The notes under the pieces are model-generated. The model saw nothing but the letters and a program-made list of their open reading frames with translations, was not told the DNA's origin and did no database searches. Shown piece after piece: positions 11,763 through 25,166 of a stretch of 64,000 nucleotides of DNA. How positions within the stretch are numbered: position 1 is the first letter of the stretch; each line of letters begins with the position of its first letter. The DNA lies in the NCBI RefSeq assembly GCF_006345805.1, contig NC_042998.1, positions 104,966,001 to 105,030,000 on the forward strand, in the 5' to 3' direction. The position numbers were made by a program, and so were the translations under genes. The DNA comes from Octopus sinensis (taxonomy: Eukaryota).

Positions 11763-12260
11763 AAATGTATGTATAAATATATATGTGTGTGTGTGTATAC
11801 ACACACAAACATATAAAGGTAAATATAAATATATATTATATGCATATATTAAAAAAAGAGAAGGGGAAACACCGAAAGAGAGAGAGAGAAAATTATATTT
11901 ACCTAACAACAAGTATATGAGAAGTATATTGATAATATTATTATTGCTAATATACTTACACAGAATATTAGAATATTAGTAAGAATATTAGTAATCTCAC
12001 AGAATATTAATAATCTCATAGATCATTTTCAGTGAAGTCATGTTGTGTATTGGTTGGCATGAACCAGATGTCTCAATATTTAATTTATCTTAGGTATTCT
12101 AATACATGTTGTGTAGCACATAAAATATTTAATTATCTAATTATGCCACTGATGAATACAGGGTATGTTATATAGCTTGGTACATACAGTGCAGCACTGG
12201 TTTCTGTTTGGTTTAAATAGTGATTGCTATCAAATTTTCTTCAAGAACGAGGGTAATGTA

Positions 12261-12300
12261 TCATCTGAAGAGTAGCCAACTAGCTATGAAACATACCAAA
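12261..12300 (+). ncRNA. Degenerate hammerhead-like motif
   Basis: CTGAAGA-GTAGC-caacta-GCTAT-GAAAC; helices I and III are decayed. Confidence 0.4.
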
Positions 12301-12573
12301 ATATCTTCTTTAAATGCATACGTGATATATTTGCTTCAGTTTATGTTCCACAGAAAAGGTTAAAAAACTAGATTACTATATGATATTTATCTTATATATT
12401 TTCTCATACACAGTCTGATGTTTAGAAACGTGTGAGGTGTTAGCTGCAATAATCGTAAACAACTCTCATCCTTTGGCATTGGAGCTTCTTTTCCATACCT
12501 ATGTACACTATACACATACATACACACATGCACACACTGACACACACACGCATATATATATATATACAAATAT

Positions 12574-12856
12574 GTCTCTTTTGCTGAACCACTAAGTTAC
12601 AGGGATGTAAACACACCAACATCAGTTGTCAAGTGATGGTGGGGGGACAAACATAGACACACAAACACATACATATATATAAATATATACATATACGACA
12701 GGCTTCTTTCAGTTTCTATCTACCATATCCATTCACATGGCTTTGGTCAGTCTAAGGCTATAGTACAAGACACTTGCCCAAGGTGCCATACAATGGGACT
12801 GAATCCCGAACCATGTGGTTGGTAAGCAAACTACTTACCACATAGCCACTCCTATA

Positions 12857-12858
<2 letters not shown>
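12574..12858 (-). mobile_element. tRNA/CORE-like SINE family A with internal microsatellite
   Basis: Degenerate match to the family-A head (ggagtggctgtgtggtaag...ccttgggcaagtgtc) on the minus strand. Confidence 0.85.
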
Positions 12859-12904
<46 letters not shown>

Positions 12905-12906
<2 letters not shown>

Positions 12907-13045
12907 TGATTGACTGCTAGCTCCAAAAGCTTTTTTATTCTCTCTCTGTTTATTTCCTTGTGTTCCTTACTGCTGAAGAGCATAGGCTCGAAACGTAAAA
13001 GACTTTCTCACCTTCCTGAACGTTAAACTAATACATCTGTTTGTT
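12905..13045 (+). mobile_element. Short (TA)n-embedded Penelope-like 3' fragment
   Basis: Homologous to 30340-30540 (minus) and 7200-7290; flanked by (TA)n on both sides. Confidence 0.65.
12966..13001 (+). ncRNA. Minimal type I hammerhead-like motif
   Basis: ctta-CTGCTGA-A-GAGC-atag-GCTC-GAAA-CGTA-aaag. Confidence 0.55.
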
Positions 13046-13242
13046 ATATATATACACACACACATATATGTATGTATGCATTTGTATGTGCATGTATTCA
13101 TGTCTGTCATGTATGATGAAAGCACATGGATAGACATAAGATGCAAAAAGATAGAAAAAAAATGACAGATAAGGAAATATAAAGGGAGGGAATAAAGAAA
13201 AACATAAATAAATTTATAGATAAATGGATAACTAGAGAGAAA

Positions 13243-13273
<31 letters not shown>

Positions 13274-13489
13274 CGGGGAGAGAGAACATTAGTAAGAGAG
13301 AGAGAGAAAGAAAACAGACAGAGGCTGGATTGTTGATGGACAGATCAAAGGAGACTTCTTTAACAATAACTACAACAGCTGTTAATGTAAGAAAATTCAT
13401 GAGTTGTTACTGTCATTGTTCTGGTTGGGTTGTTCTGTTGTTGCTGTATTAACACATTGCTACAGCTTTTATTGTTGGTGTGAAAGAAT

Positions 13490-13930
13490 TGACTTTGGAG
13501 TTGCCATTGTTGGGCAACTCCATGTAATTTGGTCTCTTGTTCTCTTCCTGCTCTTGAAGTGAGCTGTCATGGCCTGGTCACTATAGATGTTGTTGTCTTT
13601 GTGAATAGAGTGAATGGTGCACAAGACTTTGGGATTGGTGGGTGGTACTGCTGTTGATGTTGTTGTTGTTGTTGTTGCTGCTATTGTTGGATAACCTCAG
13701 GTAGCTAAATGTTATTTCAGTGTTTGGTTTCTTGTTCTCTTCCGGTTCTTAATATTAACTATTGTGCTGCCATAACAGTGATTGTCTTTGTAAATGGCAC
13801 AAAGGTGGTGTTGACTTTGAGATTGGTGCTGCTGCTGCCACTGCGGTAATCCCAGGTAGCTAATCCTTATTCTAATGATTAGCTTCAGTTCCCTTCCTGT
13901 TCATGGTGTTAGCAGTGATAGTTTGTTTCG
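13490..13930. repeat. Three degenerate tandem copies (about 140-190 bp) in GTT-rich DNA
   Basis: Recurrent gactttg(g)ga.t.g, tct(c)ttcc.g.tc.t.a and gtctttgt.aat. Confidence 0.6.
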
Positions 13931-14119
13931 TTGTTGCTATTGCTATTGTTAATGTTATAGATGATGCTTTTGTTGTTGATATTGTTTTTGCTGTGGATGC
14001 TATTGTTGGAATACATCTAATGTTCCCCTTTTCTTAAAAGCAGGGATTAATGTGAGAGTGAGATTTGGCTGCTGTTTCTAGCAGGTCTTGTAACTTCAGA
14101 GAGGCTCCCTCTCTGAATT

Positions 14120-14485
14120 GCTATTGCTTCTGTTGCTTTTATTAATATTATATCGGCTATGATGATGGTGGTGGTGATGATGTAAGTGGTGAAGGGGTGA
14201 GCATATTGGTGGAGGTGTTGGTAGATGTAGAAGTAGTCATGATGGTGGTATTGGTAGTAGGGTGGAGGTAGCGGTAGTAGTAATAGTTGTAGTGGTGATG
14301 ATGCAGATGAAAAGAGTGGCAGTAGTGGTGGTGATAAGAGTGGTGGTAGTGTTAGCATTGGTAATAGAAGTAGAACTAATAGTAGTTGTGGACGTAGGGG
14401 TAATGGTGGTTGTGGTGGTGATTATGATAGTGGATGTTGTGGTGGTGGTGGGTAGTAGCAGTGGTGGTGTGACTGTAGTTGTCAT
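14120..14485. repeat. (GGT/AGT)-rich low-complexity tract
   Basis: Seen directly; gives the poly-Thr and poly-Val ORFs. Confidence 0.9.
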
Positions 14486-15015
14486 CTATCTCATTAAGTC
14501 TTGAACAAATCAAACTTCACCTATAATTACACAAGCTCACAGACTTCATTAATGACAACTTCTCGTTAATGACAGTATCGTTAATAATGATTTCTTAACT
14601 AGAATAAAGCCTGTGGACAAGTAAAATGACAAACCTTGCCTAAGGATGAAACTACACAAATATTTGCCATAGGAGTTAGATTTAGGAAACCTATATTTGA
14701 GTAGCACTAAATTTTGGATTGCTTGTTCAGGGAATTAAAATTGTTCCAACTCTCATGTGAGTATTTTAGATATGAGCTGTTGTGATTTTTATAATCCAAC
14801 TTTAATCCAGCACACCTATGATCAAAAGCATTCCAGCCATGCTCATGGCATCAATTTTTCAGACATACTATGATGTAATGCTAGGACTACATTGTAAAAG
14901 GTGTCCTTGTTTTTTTAAAAGGGTTTGATTTGACAGACATTTGGCTGATGTTTCTCACAAGTGAAAGTGGCCACATACAGCTCAGTGCAATGAGAGAGAG
15001 AGAGAGCACCTATAT

Positions 15016-15738
15016 TAGTGATTCCCAACATGGAGCATATGCTCAACTGGTGGGGCCAGGGAAAATTGAGGTGGAGCATGGGATGCTATTTTTTTTAGTA
15101 GACATGGAATTGTGAAAATCTTTTCTTTTTCACAGCAAACATATTACACCTACACTCAGCCTAGCCAAACCGATCCCTAGAGTCAAGCAGACTGTGTGAA
15201 GATAGTATGTTACAATATAACACTATTTTAATGCCTTAGTGTGGATATTTCTTTAAGGAAGATAGATCATTCATCATCATCATTTAACGTCCGCTTTCCA
15301 TGCTGGCATGGGTGGACGGTTCAACTGGGGTCTGGGAAGCCAGAAGGCTGCATCAGGCCCAGTCTGATCTGGCAGTGTTTCTACAGCTGGATGCCCTTCC
15401 TAACGCCAACCACTCCGTGAGTGTAGTGGGTGCTTTTTACGTGCCAGATGGGGCTGGCAGACATCCACGATCGGATGGTGCTTTTTACGTGCCACCGGCA
15501 TGGGGACCAGACGAAGCTGGCAACGGCCATGGTCGGATGGTGCTTTTTACGTGTCACCGGCATGGAGGCCAGTCGGGTGGCACTGGCTACAGCCATGTTC
15601 GGATGGTTCTCTTACGTGCCACCAGTACTGGTATCATAGCTACAAATTCCATTGATGTTGTTTTTGTCAACCACTGGTAGGACATGCATTCTGGAAAGTT
15701 ATAGTGGGGCCTGGGGGAAAATAGTTTGAGAAACACTG
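15016..15738. mobile_element. hAT (Charlie-like) MITE hosting an RTE 3' insertion
   Basis: TIRs tagtgattcccaa / ttgagaaacactg; 8-bp TSD acctatat (15008-15015) and atctatat (15739-15746), 7/8 identical. Confidence 0.7.
15270..15660 (-). mobile_element. RTE 3' region, about 3 array units
   Basis: (CAT)n-ttaacgtccgctttccatgctggcatggg...ggatgcccttcctaacgcc. Confidence 0.85.
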
Positions 15739-15949
15739 ATCTATATGGTCATTCATCCTGTTAAAAATGGCAGTTGAATGTTCCTCAAATCACACTATGC
15801 CATCTTAGAAGAAGGACATATGAGCGATAATGTGGCCATGATTTCCTGAATATAGGTAAATAAAAAAATGGTTTGGTGACAACTGGAATAGATTTGGTTC
15901 AATTAGGGCTGACCTGGGGTTAAAATAACTATCAGAAAAATAACACTAT

Positions 15950-16165
15950 AATGGTTTCTGATTTAGGCACAAGGCCAGCAGTTTTGGGGGAAGGGCAAGT
16001 CAATTACATCAACCCCATTGCTCAGCTGGTACTTAATTTATTGACTCCAAAAGGATGGAAGGCAAAGTGGACCTTGACGGAATTTAAATTCAGAACATAA
16101 CAATGAATGAAATGCCACTAAGCATTCTGCCTGGTGTGTTAACAATTCTGCCAACTCACTGCCTT

Positions 16166-16233
<68 letters not shown>

Positions 16234-16459
16234 TAATAATAATAATGGTTTCAAACTTTGGCACAAGGCCAGCAATTTCAGCAAGGGAATAAGTCAATTA
16301 GATCAACCCCAGAGTTCAACTGGTACTTATTTTATCAATCCTAAAAGGATGTAAAGCAAATTAAACCTTGGCAGGATTTGAACTCTGAAAGTAAAGATGG
16401 ACAAAATGCCACTAAGCATTTTGCCTGGCATGCTAACAAATCTGCTAGCTCACTGCCTT
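15950..16459 (-). mobile_element. Two tandem family-B SINEs separated by (AAT)n
   Basis: Copies at 15950-16165 and 16245-16459. Confidence 0.8.
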
Positions 16460-16499
16460 GATTATGATGATGATGATGACAACAACGACAATGACAACG

Positions 16500-16550
<51 letters not shown>

Positions 16551-17318
16551 GCAACAACATCACTAATAAAATACAGCTTAATGGCTCCCTTGTTGACTAG
16601 TTCATAGTTATTAACAGCAAAAGAAGGGGATTTTTGACTGAGATATGAAACTATGCTGTCACACTGTTACTACAAATTTGATGATGTTTGCTCTCTCTAA
16701 TTCAAGTGATTGTTATGGAATATTCATTAAGATGATTCCGTTATATGTCATTGTCAAATAAGTCAATGCAAAATATATAATGAAGTAAATTCCACTAATT
16801 ACCTTCTATCAGGTTACAAAGATTCTATTTCAGCAAAAGCCATTATAATAACCACGTGTTGACAAGTTTGATCACTACAGAAATATGCTGTTAGCTCATT
16901 AGCACTGAGTACTTAGTAAAACTAAACAAAGTCTGATGTGAAATGAAAAGTATATTCCATTAAAAAATTATTCCACTGTTTTCAACTTTTTTTGCTTCTT
17001 TATTTTCTTTCTTCCTTGTAAAGGTTGGTTGAGCGGTCATAGGTTTGATCTCTGAACTGTGTGACACATTGCATTTTTGAACAAGGCACTGTTCTAGTCT
17101 ACCTGGCTGAAACTGAATACCAGCTGAGTCATCATGCCGCTTTCTTTCCTGCCATTTGTTACATTCTTGATGATCCACAGGGTCAATAGTAGGAGAATCA
17201 AAATATTTATGCCTGCTTGCAAGCTCTGGTTGAGTGCTGTATTCAAAATATTCTGATTTTCTACCCTTTCAGGAATTGGAAATAATTTACCTTTGATATT
17301 TAATAATTATTACACACA

Positions 17319-17712
17319 GGCACAGGAGTGACTGTATGGTAAGAAGCTTGCTTCTCAACCACACAGTTCTGGATTCAGTCCCACTGTGTGGCATCTTGGG
17401 CAAGTGTCTTCTACTATAGCCCCGGGCCAACCAAAGCCTTGTGAGTGGATTTGGCAGATGGAAACTGAAAGAAGCCCGTTGTATATATGTATATGTATAT
17501 ATGTATGTGTGTGTGTTTGTGTGTCTGTTTGTCCCCCCAACATCACTTGACAACCGATGCTGGTGTATTTACATGCCCGTAACTTAGCGGTTTGGCAAAA
17601 GAGACCAATAGAGTAAGTATTAGGCTTACGAAGAATAAGTCCTGGGTCGATGTGCTCGACTAAAGGCGGTGCTCCAGCATGGCCACAGTCAAATAACTGA
17701 AACAATTAAAGA
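17319..17712 (+). mobile_element. Full-length family-A SINE
   Basis: tRNA-like head, CORE-like cttgggcaagtg, internal TA/TG microsatellite, 3' part ending ctgaaacaattaaag. Confidence 0.9.
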
Positions 17713-18746
17713 ACAGGTTTGATCTGCATACGTATGCATGTACATACGTATCTATGTACATGCATATGTATGTATGTATGTATGTATGTAGGTAGGTAGG
17801 TAGGTATGTAGGTAGGTAGGTAGGTATGTATCTACATATGTATGTAGGTTTGTATGTATGTGTATATACATATATACCTTTGTTGTGAGACATGTGAAAT
17901 AGTTGAACAGAGAACGACCATAAAGATTCAAGAAATAGAAGTATTTGAAGGTCAATGCAAATATGAATTGTTAAACAAAAAAGTCTCATTTGCTACACCA
18001 CATGTCTATAATTCAATGAAATTTATATCACCCATATATGATCAAAATTAATACATTGGGTTAGAGTACATAAACAACAAATCATAGATTTGTTTCTTAG
18101 AAATTTTCCATGTAGTGAATATCTGGATGTTTATGCAAATACAAAATTTAAAATATTTCCTTTTTTTTCAAAATAAAGGAAAATAATGATCAGCTGCAAA
18201 AGACAAAGAAGAATACTTTACAAGACTAATAAATCTGAAACTAAACCAGAAACAGTTAACACTGCAACTAAAAACAACTTCCTCTATATTGATGAATTCA
18301 TAACGTGTGTTTGAAAAGCTGTAAAAAGAAAAAGCTCTTACACCCAATGTGAAAACTTTTTCTAAAAGGTTTGTGTCATTCTGCTTTTTTTTTTAACTTT
18401 ATATAATGAATAATTTCTAATTCATGTAAATCTTTCAAACACACAGACACTATATAGATATACATGCATATAAACACACCACACACAGACACACTAGCAG
18501 ATATACATGTGTATTTCAGAAGTTCACTTTTCAACCACATAGCTATGAGATCAACCACACACTGTAGCACTTGGCAAGTGGCTTCTATTCTAACCCAGGG
18601 TTGATTAAAATGAGTATATTTGTGAGACAGAAACTTAAAAAAAGTTTTGTGCGTGTATATATAAATATATATATATCATCTTCATCATCGTTTAATGTCC
18701 ATTTTCTATGCTGGCATATATATGTATGTGTGTATATATGTGTGTG

Positions 18747-18778
<32 letters not shown>

Positions 18779-19871
18779 TGTATGTATGTATGTATGTATG
18801 TATGTATGTATGTATGTATGTGTATATATATATATATATACACACACACGTGTGTGTTAATTATTTTGATTGCAATTAAGCAGTGAAAAATTTGAATTGC
18901 GATATAAATTATCACAAATAATTTTTATTAACTTATGGTAATAATTATTTCTGAGAAACCCACAACACTAAATTAAACTTGAGTACCAGAGATGACAAAG
19001 TATCAACTAATATCTATTAAGTCAATAATCAATCCATTTCGATTATATTCTGGTATTGTATCCAAGAAATGGAAGCAATTCCATTTAGAGTGCTTAACTT
19101 AAAGTCAAAATACTTGTTCCTTTTATCTTGATTATGAAATCTTACTTAAGTGTTTTCAATTAAGGAGAAAATGTCAACTGTAAAATTAATGATATTACAA
19201 TGAACTTCTATTGATGTTCTTCTATATCATGACCATCTCAATCATTGCTGTCCACTTAGTTTCTTCTCTGTCTTGGGCAGAAGTGGGAAGGGGATCTTTT
19301 TATATATGAAAAATACAGTGAATTGTGTGCAGTCTAAGGCACATTGAATTAAGTGTAATTCAATAAGTCTGCATTAAAGAAAATGTTATCGAATCTACAG
19401 TGAAATGTAATTATATTTATTGTGAAAATCTAATTATAAATATCAAAAAAATAAACTTCACCTTTTAAAAAATGATCAACAGATTTTCTCTGAGAGTTTC
19501 AGTAAAATATTAGAATGGTGAAATTTGTTGCAAAGTTCTGTAATTGTGTATAAGATGTAGCTACAACTTTTCTACACTTCTATGGCTCCACTTAGAACAT
19601 CTGCCATTTTCAGTAAAGGAAAGGCTAATATTGCAACAGACATGAGTCTGAAGAGGCTTCATGATTTTTTAAAATTTGCCTAACATTTTGTTCAATGATT
19701 TACTTTATAAGAAAAAAATTGATACGAAGATATTCTTTAATTACCAACATTACAAACGATTTATGTTTTAAAGCAAGTTCTAAAATTTGCCTAAATTTTT
19801 GAAATGGTTGTTCTATGAAAATCTTTATGTAATTCTTTATGCGATGTAGTTGCCATTACAGATGCTATTTA

Positions 19872-20170
19872 AGGTGGAAAGCTGCACAGAATTGTTAAAA
19901 CATTGGGGAAAGTTTTGCAGTATTTGTCCTGGTTCTTTGAGTTAGAATTCTGCCAAGATCATCTTTGGCTTTCATCCCTCTGGGATTGATTAAATAAAAT
20001 ACCAGTACAAAACTGGTATTTTATTATAAATATCAATTGGAACTTTATATAAAATACTTGATTTTTTTATATAGTATTTATAATAATTATTTTATATAAA
20101 GTACTAGTCAACTGTATTGACTATTTCCTTTCATAAATGCCGGCTTTGTGTCTAAATCAAATACCATTAT
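19872..20170 (+). mobile_element. Degenerate family-B SINE with internal AT-rich rearrangement
   Basis: tggctttcatccctctgggattgattaaataaaataccag core. Confidence 0.65.
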
Positions 20171-20769
20171 GAAAGCTATTTATAAAAAAAGAACTGAAAA
20201 AAAACGGGCAAGGATTTTTATATTCAATGGCTTCAGTAAAAAAAAAAAATTATTGAAAAAAGAAAGTGAAATTGAGAAAATATTGTCAGTTAACATTAGA
20301 GAAGCTTGAAACAAAAAAAAATAGGTAGGTGAAGATTGTGTTGATTCTAATTGGCTGCTTTGATGGGGGAATGACTTGTTGAAAGCTAAGTTATCTGACT
20401 CATTAGGGACAAAAGAATAGTTATGGAATAATGGAAGCAGATGCAGCAGAAAACTGTGCTACATGAAGGTGAAATATTTCTGCTGAGAAAGTTACAATTT
20501 TGAATTGTTGAAACAGCTTCAATTTCCCTTTTCTAAAGAGCTAACAAATGTTTGGTAACTTAGCATTCTCTGGCCTGCTGTGAAATAACTCTAACCAATA
20601 GTGAAAGTAACAATAAAGATGTTCAACAATATGCATACACGATACACATCAATAGCACTGCTTGGCACAGAACACATATCATGTAGAGTACTAGTAAGAC
20701 GAATGAAAAACAAAACTAAAAGCACAGCTTATACCCAAAGGTACATCGGCATGTGTGTGGTTGTAAAGT

Positions 20770-21004
20770 AAAAGCATGCAATGGAAGATAACTGAAATGA
20801 TAAGAAGAATAAGAATAAAGAAAATGGAAACAGAGTGTCCAGCAGGGCTGTTACAAACAGTTTGCCTCCCTAGCACAGCTAGAATCATCAGGAAAGTATT
20901 TAATTGCAGAAGAGAACAATTGGCATGATACTTGCAGGCTGCAGGTAGCAAGCCTGCAACTCATGCAAAAACTCCAGTAGTTCCAACAAGACCTGAGTCA
21001 AAAG

Positions 21005-21077
<73 letters not shown>

Positions 21078-21416
21078 AATAATGATAATAATAATAATAA
21101 TAATAATCATAATAACTGTTCCTGTTATTGTAGGTGCCTGAGGTATGATAAAAAAGGGATGTTAGAAACATCTAGATAAGATCCCAGGAGACCATGTCTC
21201 AGAGAAACCCTTAGAAAAAATCCCACATCCTTGAATAAACCCTATCCATTTAAATGTCTGCTGTATTACATGAAGATATTCCACTACCTCATCCCACCAA
21301 GCTTTCAGTCATACTGTAATATCTCTTATCCTTCACTCACCTCAGGATGCTGGGTGTATCTCAGCAAGTGACTGTAACAAAAATGCAGATTAAAAGTAAA
21401 AATAACAATAATGATG

Positions 21417-21470
<54 letters not shown>
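20770..21470 (+). mobile_element. Two R4/Dong 3' ends in (TAC)n/(TAA)n tracts
   Basis: LLQTVCLPSTARIIRKVF followed by (TAC)n(TAA)n; then TVPVIVGA*GMIKKG..KHLDKIPG followed by a 3' UTR and (AAT)n. Confidence 0.7.
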
Positions 21471-23256
21471 CTTTTATTTAGCACAGAACAAATATGTATC
21501 CATCAGATCTGATATAGATGCTAGTTGGTAAGTTATATCTCCCTTGTGTGATTGGAACACTTAATTCTTGTATAGTCTACTCACAGATAAGAAATAATCT
21601 ATTGTATACTCTTGAATGGATACGGTGTATTTCCAGATCGTTGTTTAAAGTTTAATTTCATCCCTTGACAGAATTCAATTTCATCAGCTTTGCCTTTCAT
21701 TCTGTTCAAAGTTGATGAATTGGGCATTGGTAATATAACAGAGTTGATTTTACTCCAGACTTTGCAAAGTTGTGGCCTTGTGCCAATTTAAGGAATCAAT
21801 AATGATGACAATAATAAGATGAAAAAATCAATAATAGTTCTGGTATTGTCTAACAACTTTAGTGTAATAACAACTTCAGTGACTACAATAACAACAAAGC
21901 AATTGTAAGAAGATCCATAGTAGACTGTATAATCAACAAGTTGTTTTGTACATCATTAATAACTCATGACAATCCAGTTTAATAACCTTTTAGCAGTTTT
22001 ATAAATATTATCCAAAAAGCCTTCCATGTTATCTATAGTTAAACTAAAAAGCTATTGAACTGGTTATTAAGTGATCTTAATGATATCTTTTAACGACTAA
22101 TGAGAGTAATGTTTATGGTTAGGTGAAGAATCAATTATGGCTTTGTTTATCACAATGTTCGTTTGGTTTACCAGCTTTTATAGATTTAAAAACCTTAAAA
22201 GCTTTTGTAAAGCACTACTTCCTATTACCTCATTAAATACTCAATTTTGGTAAAAAAAAAATGAATAAGAGAAAATATGTTTATTAATACTCAAGTGTGA
22301 GCTTAAGAGAAATTAGAAAGTAGAACTAAATGCAGATATGGGATCAGAAAACAATGGAAAATTTGTTGTGTTTTAGAACAGGTCAGAATATGTTCTATTC
22401 CAGCTGAAGATGTATGTTTTTACAATTTTTCATCTTTTATGCTTTAAAACTTTTTCTGAAATTCCTTAAAAAGTATTTCAATATTGTTGACATAAAGAAT
22501 TAGAATACTCTGAATGCATTATATTTCATCCTCGTTTTAATTTCCACTTTTCCGTACTTACATAGGTCAAAAAGAATTTTATTGAGGTGGATTTTCTACA
22601 GTTAGATGCTTTTCCTGTCACTTACCCTCACTTATTTCCAAGGTAGGTAATATTTCCACAGAAGGCACCATTTGCATGGTTTGAAATACATTTACAACTA
22701 TCATGCAATGTCAAGGCAAGGAGACTGCAATATGCAGAACCACACACACACACATATATACAATGGGAATCTTTCAGGTTCTATCTGCCAAATCCACTCA
22801 TAAGGCTTCACTCAGCTCAAGGCTATAGCAGAAGACACTTGCTCAAGGTGATATACCCGATCTATTCATATATATATTTGTATTTTCTTCTCTCTCCTAT
22901 TTGTTATCATTAGTTATTGTCATTGACTGAGTAGAATTCTTCTATTGATAATGCTGTATGTAAATGACTTCTCTCAATATATAGAGTTAAAGTTTAATAG
23001 TATGACTGTTTCAGTAACAGCCGTTGATCTCTGTGGGAAAATGTTTTACTTATAACTATTAGAACATAGACTAGTTTTAAGTTGATTCTGAAAAGAATTA
23101 AGTACAGTCAAATTCAGCAGATGGCAATATAATGAACATGAAATTAATTAGACTGTCAGATTTGTACTTACCTCATCAAGTATGCCCTTCTTTGGCATGA
23201 AACATCAGCTAGGTAGCTCTCTCTCTCTCTCTCTCTCTCTTATCTATTTATCCATC

Positions 23257-23288
<32 letters not shown>

Positions 23289-23304
23289 TGTATGTATAGC
23301 TTTA

Positions 23305-23750
23305 TCATCATCATCATCATCATCATCGTTTAACGTCTGCTTTCCATGCTAGCATGGGTTGGACGGTTCAACTGGGGTCTGGCAAGCTCGAAGGCTGCAC
23401 CAGGCCAGTCAGATCTGGCAGTATTTCTACAGCTGGATGCCCTTCCTAACGCCAACCACTCCGAGAGTGTAGTGGGTGATTTTATGTGCCACCGACACAG
23501 GTGCCACACGAGGCTGGCAGACGGCCATGCTCGGATGGTGTTTTTATGTGCCACCGACACAGGTGCCAGACGAGACTGGCAAACGGCCACGTTCGGATGG
23601 TGTTTGTTACGTGCCCTCAGCACGGAGGCCAGTCAATGCGGTACTGGCTACGGTCACGTTTGGATGGTTTTCTTATGTGCCACCAGCACTGATACCACAA
23701 GGATACAAATTCCATTGATGTTCATCTATTTTGATTTGGTTCTATTTTGA
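23305..23750 (-). mobile_element. RTE 3' region, about 4 array units
   Basis: Family terminal motifs and (CAT)n. Confidence 0.85.
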
Positions 23751-23837
23751 TCAAAAGACAGATATATAATAACAGATAATAACTTTACTTATCAAAAAAT
23801 ACTATGAGGATAAAAATAAACCTTCTTTTCTATAATG

Positions 23838-24190
23838 TTATTCAGTAAAGCCACCTTTAGCTTCAACAACTGCTTCTATATGAGATCTAAATCATCTACA
23901 TGCACGAATCAAGTGGTCCTAGTTCAATTTGGACATTACTCTGACTATGGCAGTTTCCAAAGAATTTTTGGTGTTACAGGCATGTTCATTGACCTCTCTC
24001 TCAACAACACTCCACATGTAATAGTCTAATGGATTGAGATCTGGGGAATTAGGAGGTCAACTGTTAGGAGTTACGTGATCATGAAAATTTTCAGCCATCC
24101 ATTTCTGTGTTACTAGAGCCATGTGTGATAGTGCAGAGTCTTACTGAAACAAATATGGCCTTCTATTGCATACACTTATGTAGGTACATG
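23838..24190 (-). pseudogene. DD37D (maT-type) transposase C-terminal relic
   Basis: RPYLFQ*DSALSHMALVTQKWMAENFHDHVTPNS*PPNSPDLNPLDYYMWSVVEREVN...ACR*FRSHIEAVVEAKGGFTE*; 37 residues between the two Asp. Confidence 0.9.
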
Positions 24191-24247
24191 CCGAGATTAA
24201 ATCTGTCACCTTTAATATTGAACAAATAGGGAATGATATATTCATGA

Positions 24248-24375
24248 AGTTGTGTATGGGGGAATTTATTTTAGCCCGGCAAGCTTTTTGCAATCATCAT
24301 CATCATCATCGAACACGGACACTAAATGATGATGATGATGATAATGATGACGATGACGATGACGATGACAATGAC

Positions 24376-24429
<54 letters not shown>

Positions 24430-24486
24430 AATGATGATGATTGCAGAAAGTTTCCCAGGCTAAAATAAATTCACCCATGCACAACT
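24248..24486. repeat. Fold-back inverted repeat centred on an RTE tail remnant
   Basis: agttgtgtatggg...aatttattttagcc...tgcaatcatcat versus atgatgattgca...ggctaaaataaattcacccatgcacaact; centre acggacactaaa(TGA)n. Confidence 0.9.
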
Positions 24487-25126
24487 GAAACAGCACTGAA
24501 TTATAAATATCATCTGTCTTTCATAAATAATGTACATACACCACTGACAGGCATGATGTTGAGAGACAAGATGTGTTAAAAGCATTATATGCTGAGCAAG
24601 ATGGATGTCTCAACATTGACTTACAGGAATATGAGAGACATTTCACCTCTCTTAAGCCTCTCAACTAGACATGATTGCAGCTTTTTCCAAAGCTAACAGG
24701 AGACACACATACACACACACACTTGTGCGTGCATGCATGTGGACACACATACACACACTGGTATACACACACACACACACACACACACACTGGCACAGAC
24801 ACACATTTGCACACATAACCATTCAGTCATATACATGTATATGCATGTATACACATCCATACATACATATACACACAAATTTTATCTTTTACTTATTTCA
24901 ATCACTGGACTGAGGCCAGAATTATTCTAGTCAAACTGGTACGTATTTTTAAGTCTACTCCTTAGGTTTATCAGTGGCTTTTGGTGAACCTCTAAGTTAC
25001 AGGGATGTAAATAACTTAATACTGTCTGTTAAGTGTGGAGAAGTGGGGGCAAATACAGGCACAAAGAAACACACATAACTCTCTTTTGTTCTTTCTCTCT
25101 TTCTCTCTCTCTCTCTCTCTATCTAT

Positions 25127-25160
<34 letters not shown>

Positions 25161-25166
<6 letters not shown>

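Noticed and set aside
14547-14590. Cluster of TTAATGAC homeodomain-like sites
   Set aside because: Short AT-rich motifs are expected by chance; no conservation evidence.
16975-17100. Strong acceptor near 17022
   Set aside because: Followed by a degenerate SINE-like head with no convincing frame or donor.
17854-18051. Protein-like 65-aa ORF
   Set aside because: Starts in a microsatellite; no recognisable motif or splice support.
23170-23215. Minus-strand exon with GAG|GTAAGT donor, or a further hammerhead (ATGCC/GGCAT-GAAAC)
   Set aside because: No pyrimidine tract for an acceptor, and the hammerhead core is too decayed to support.
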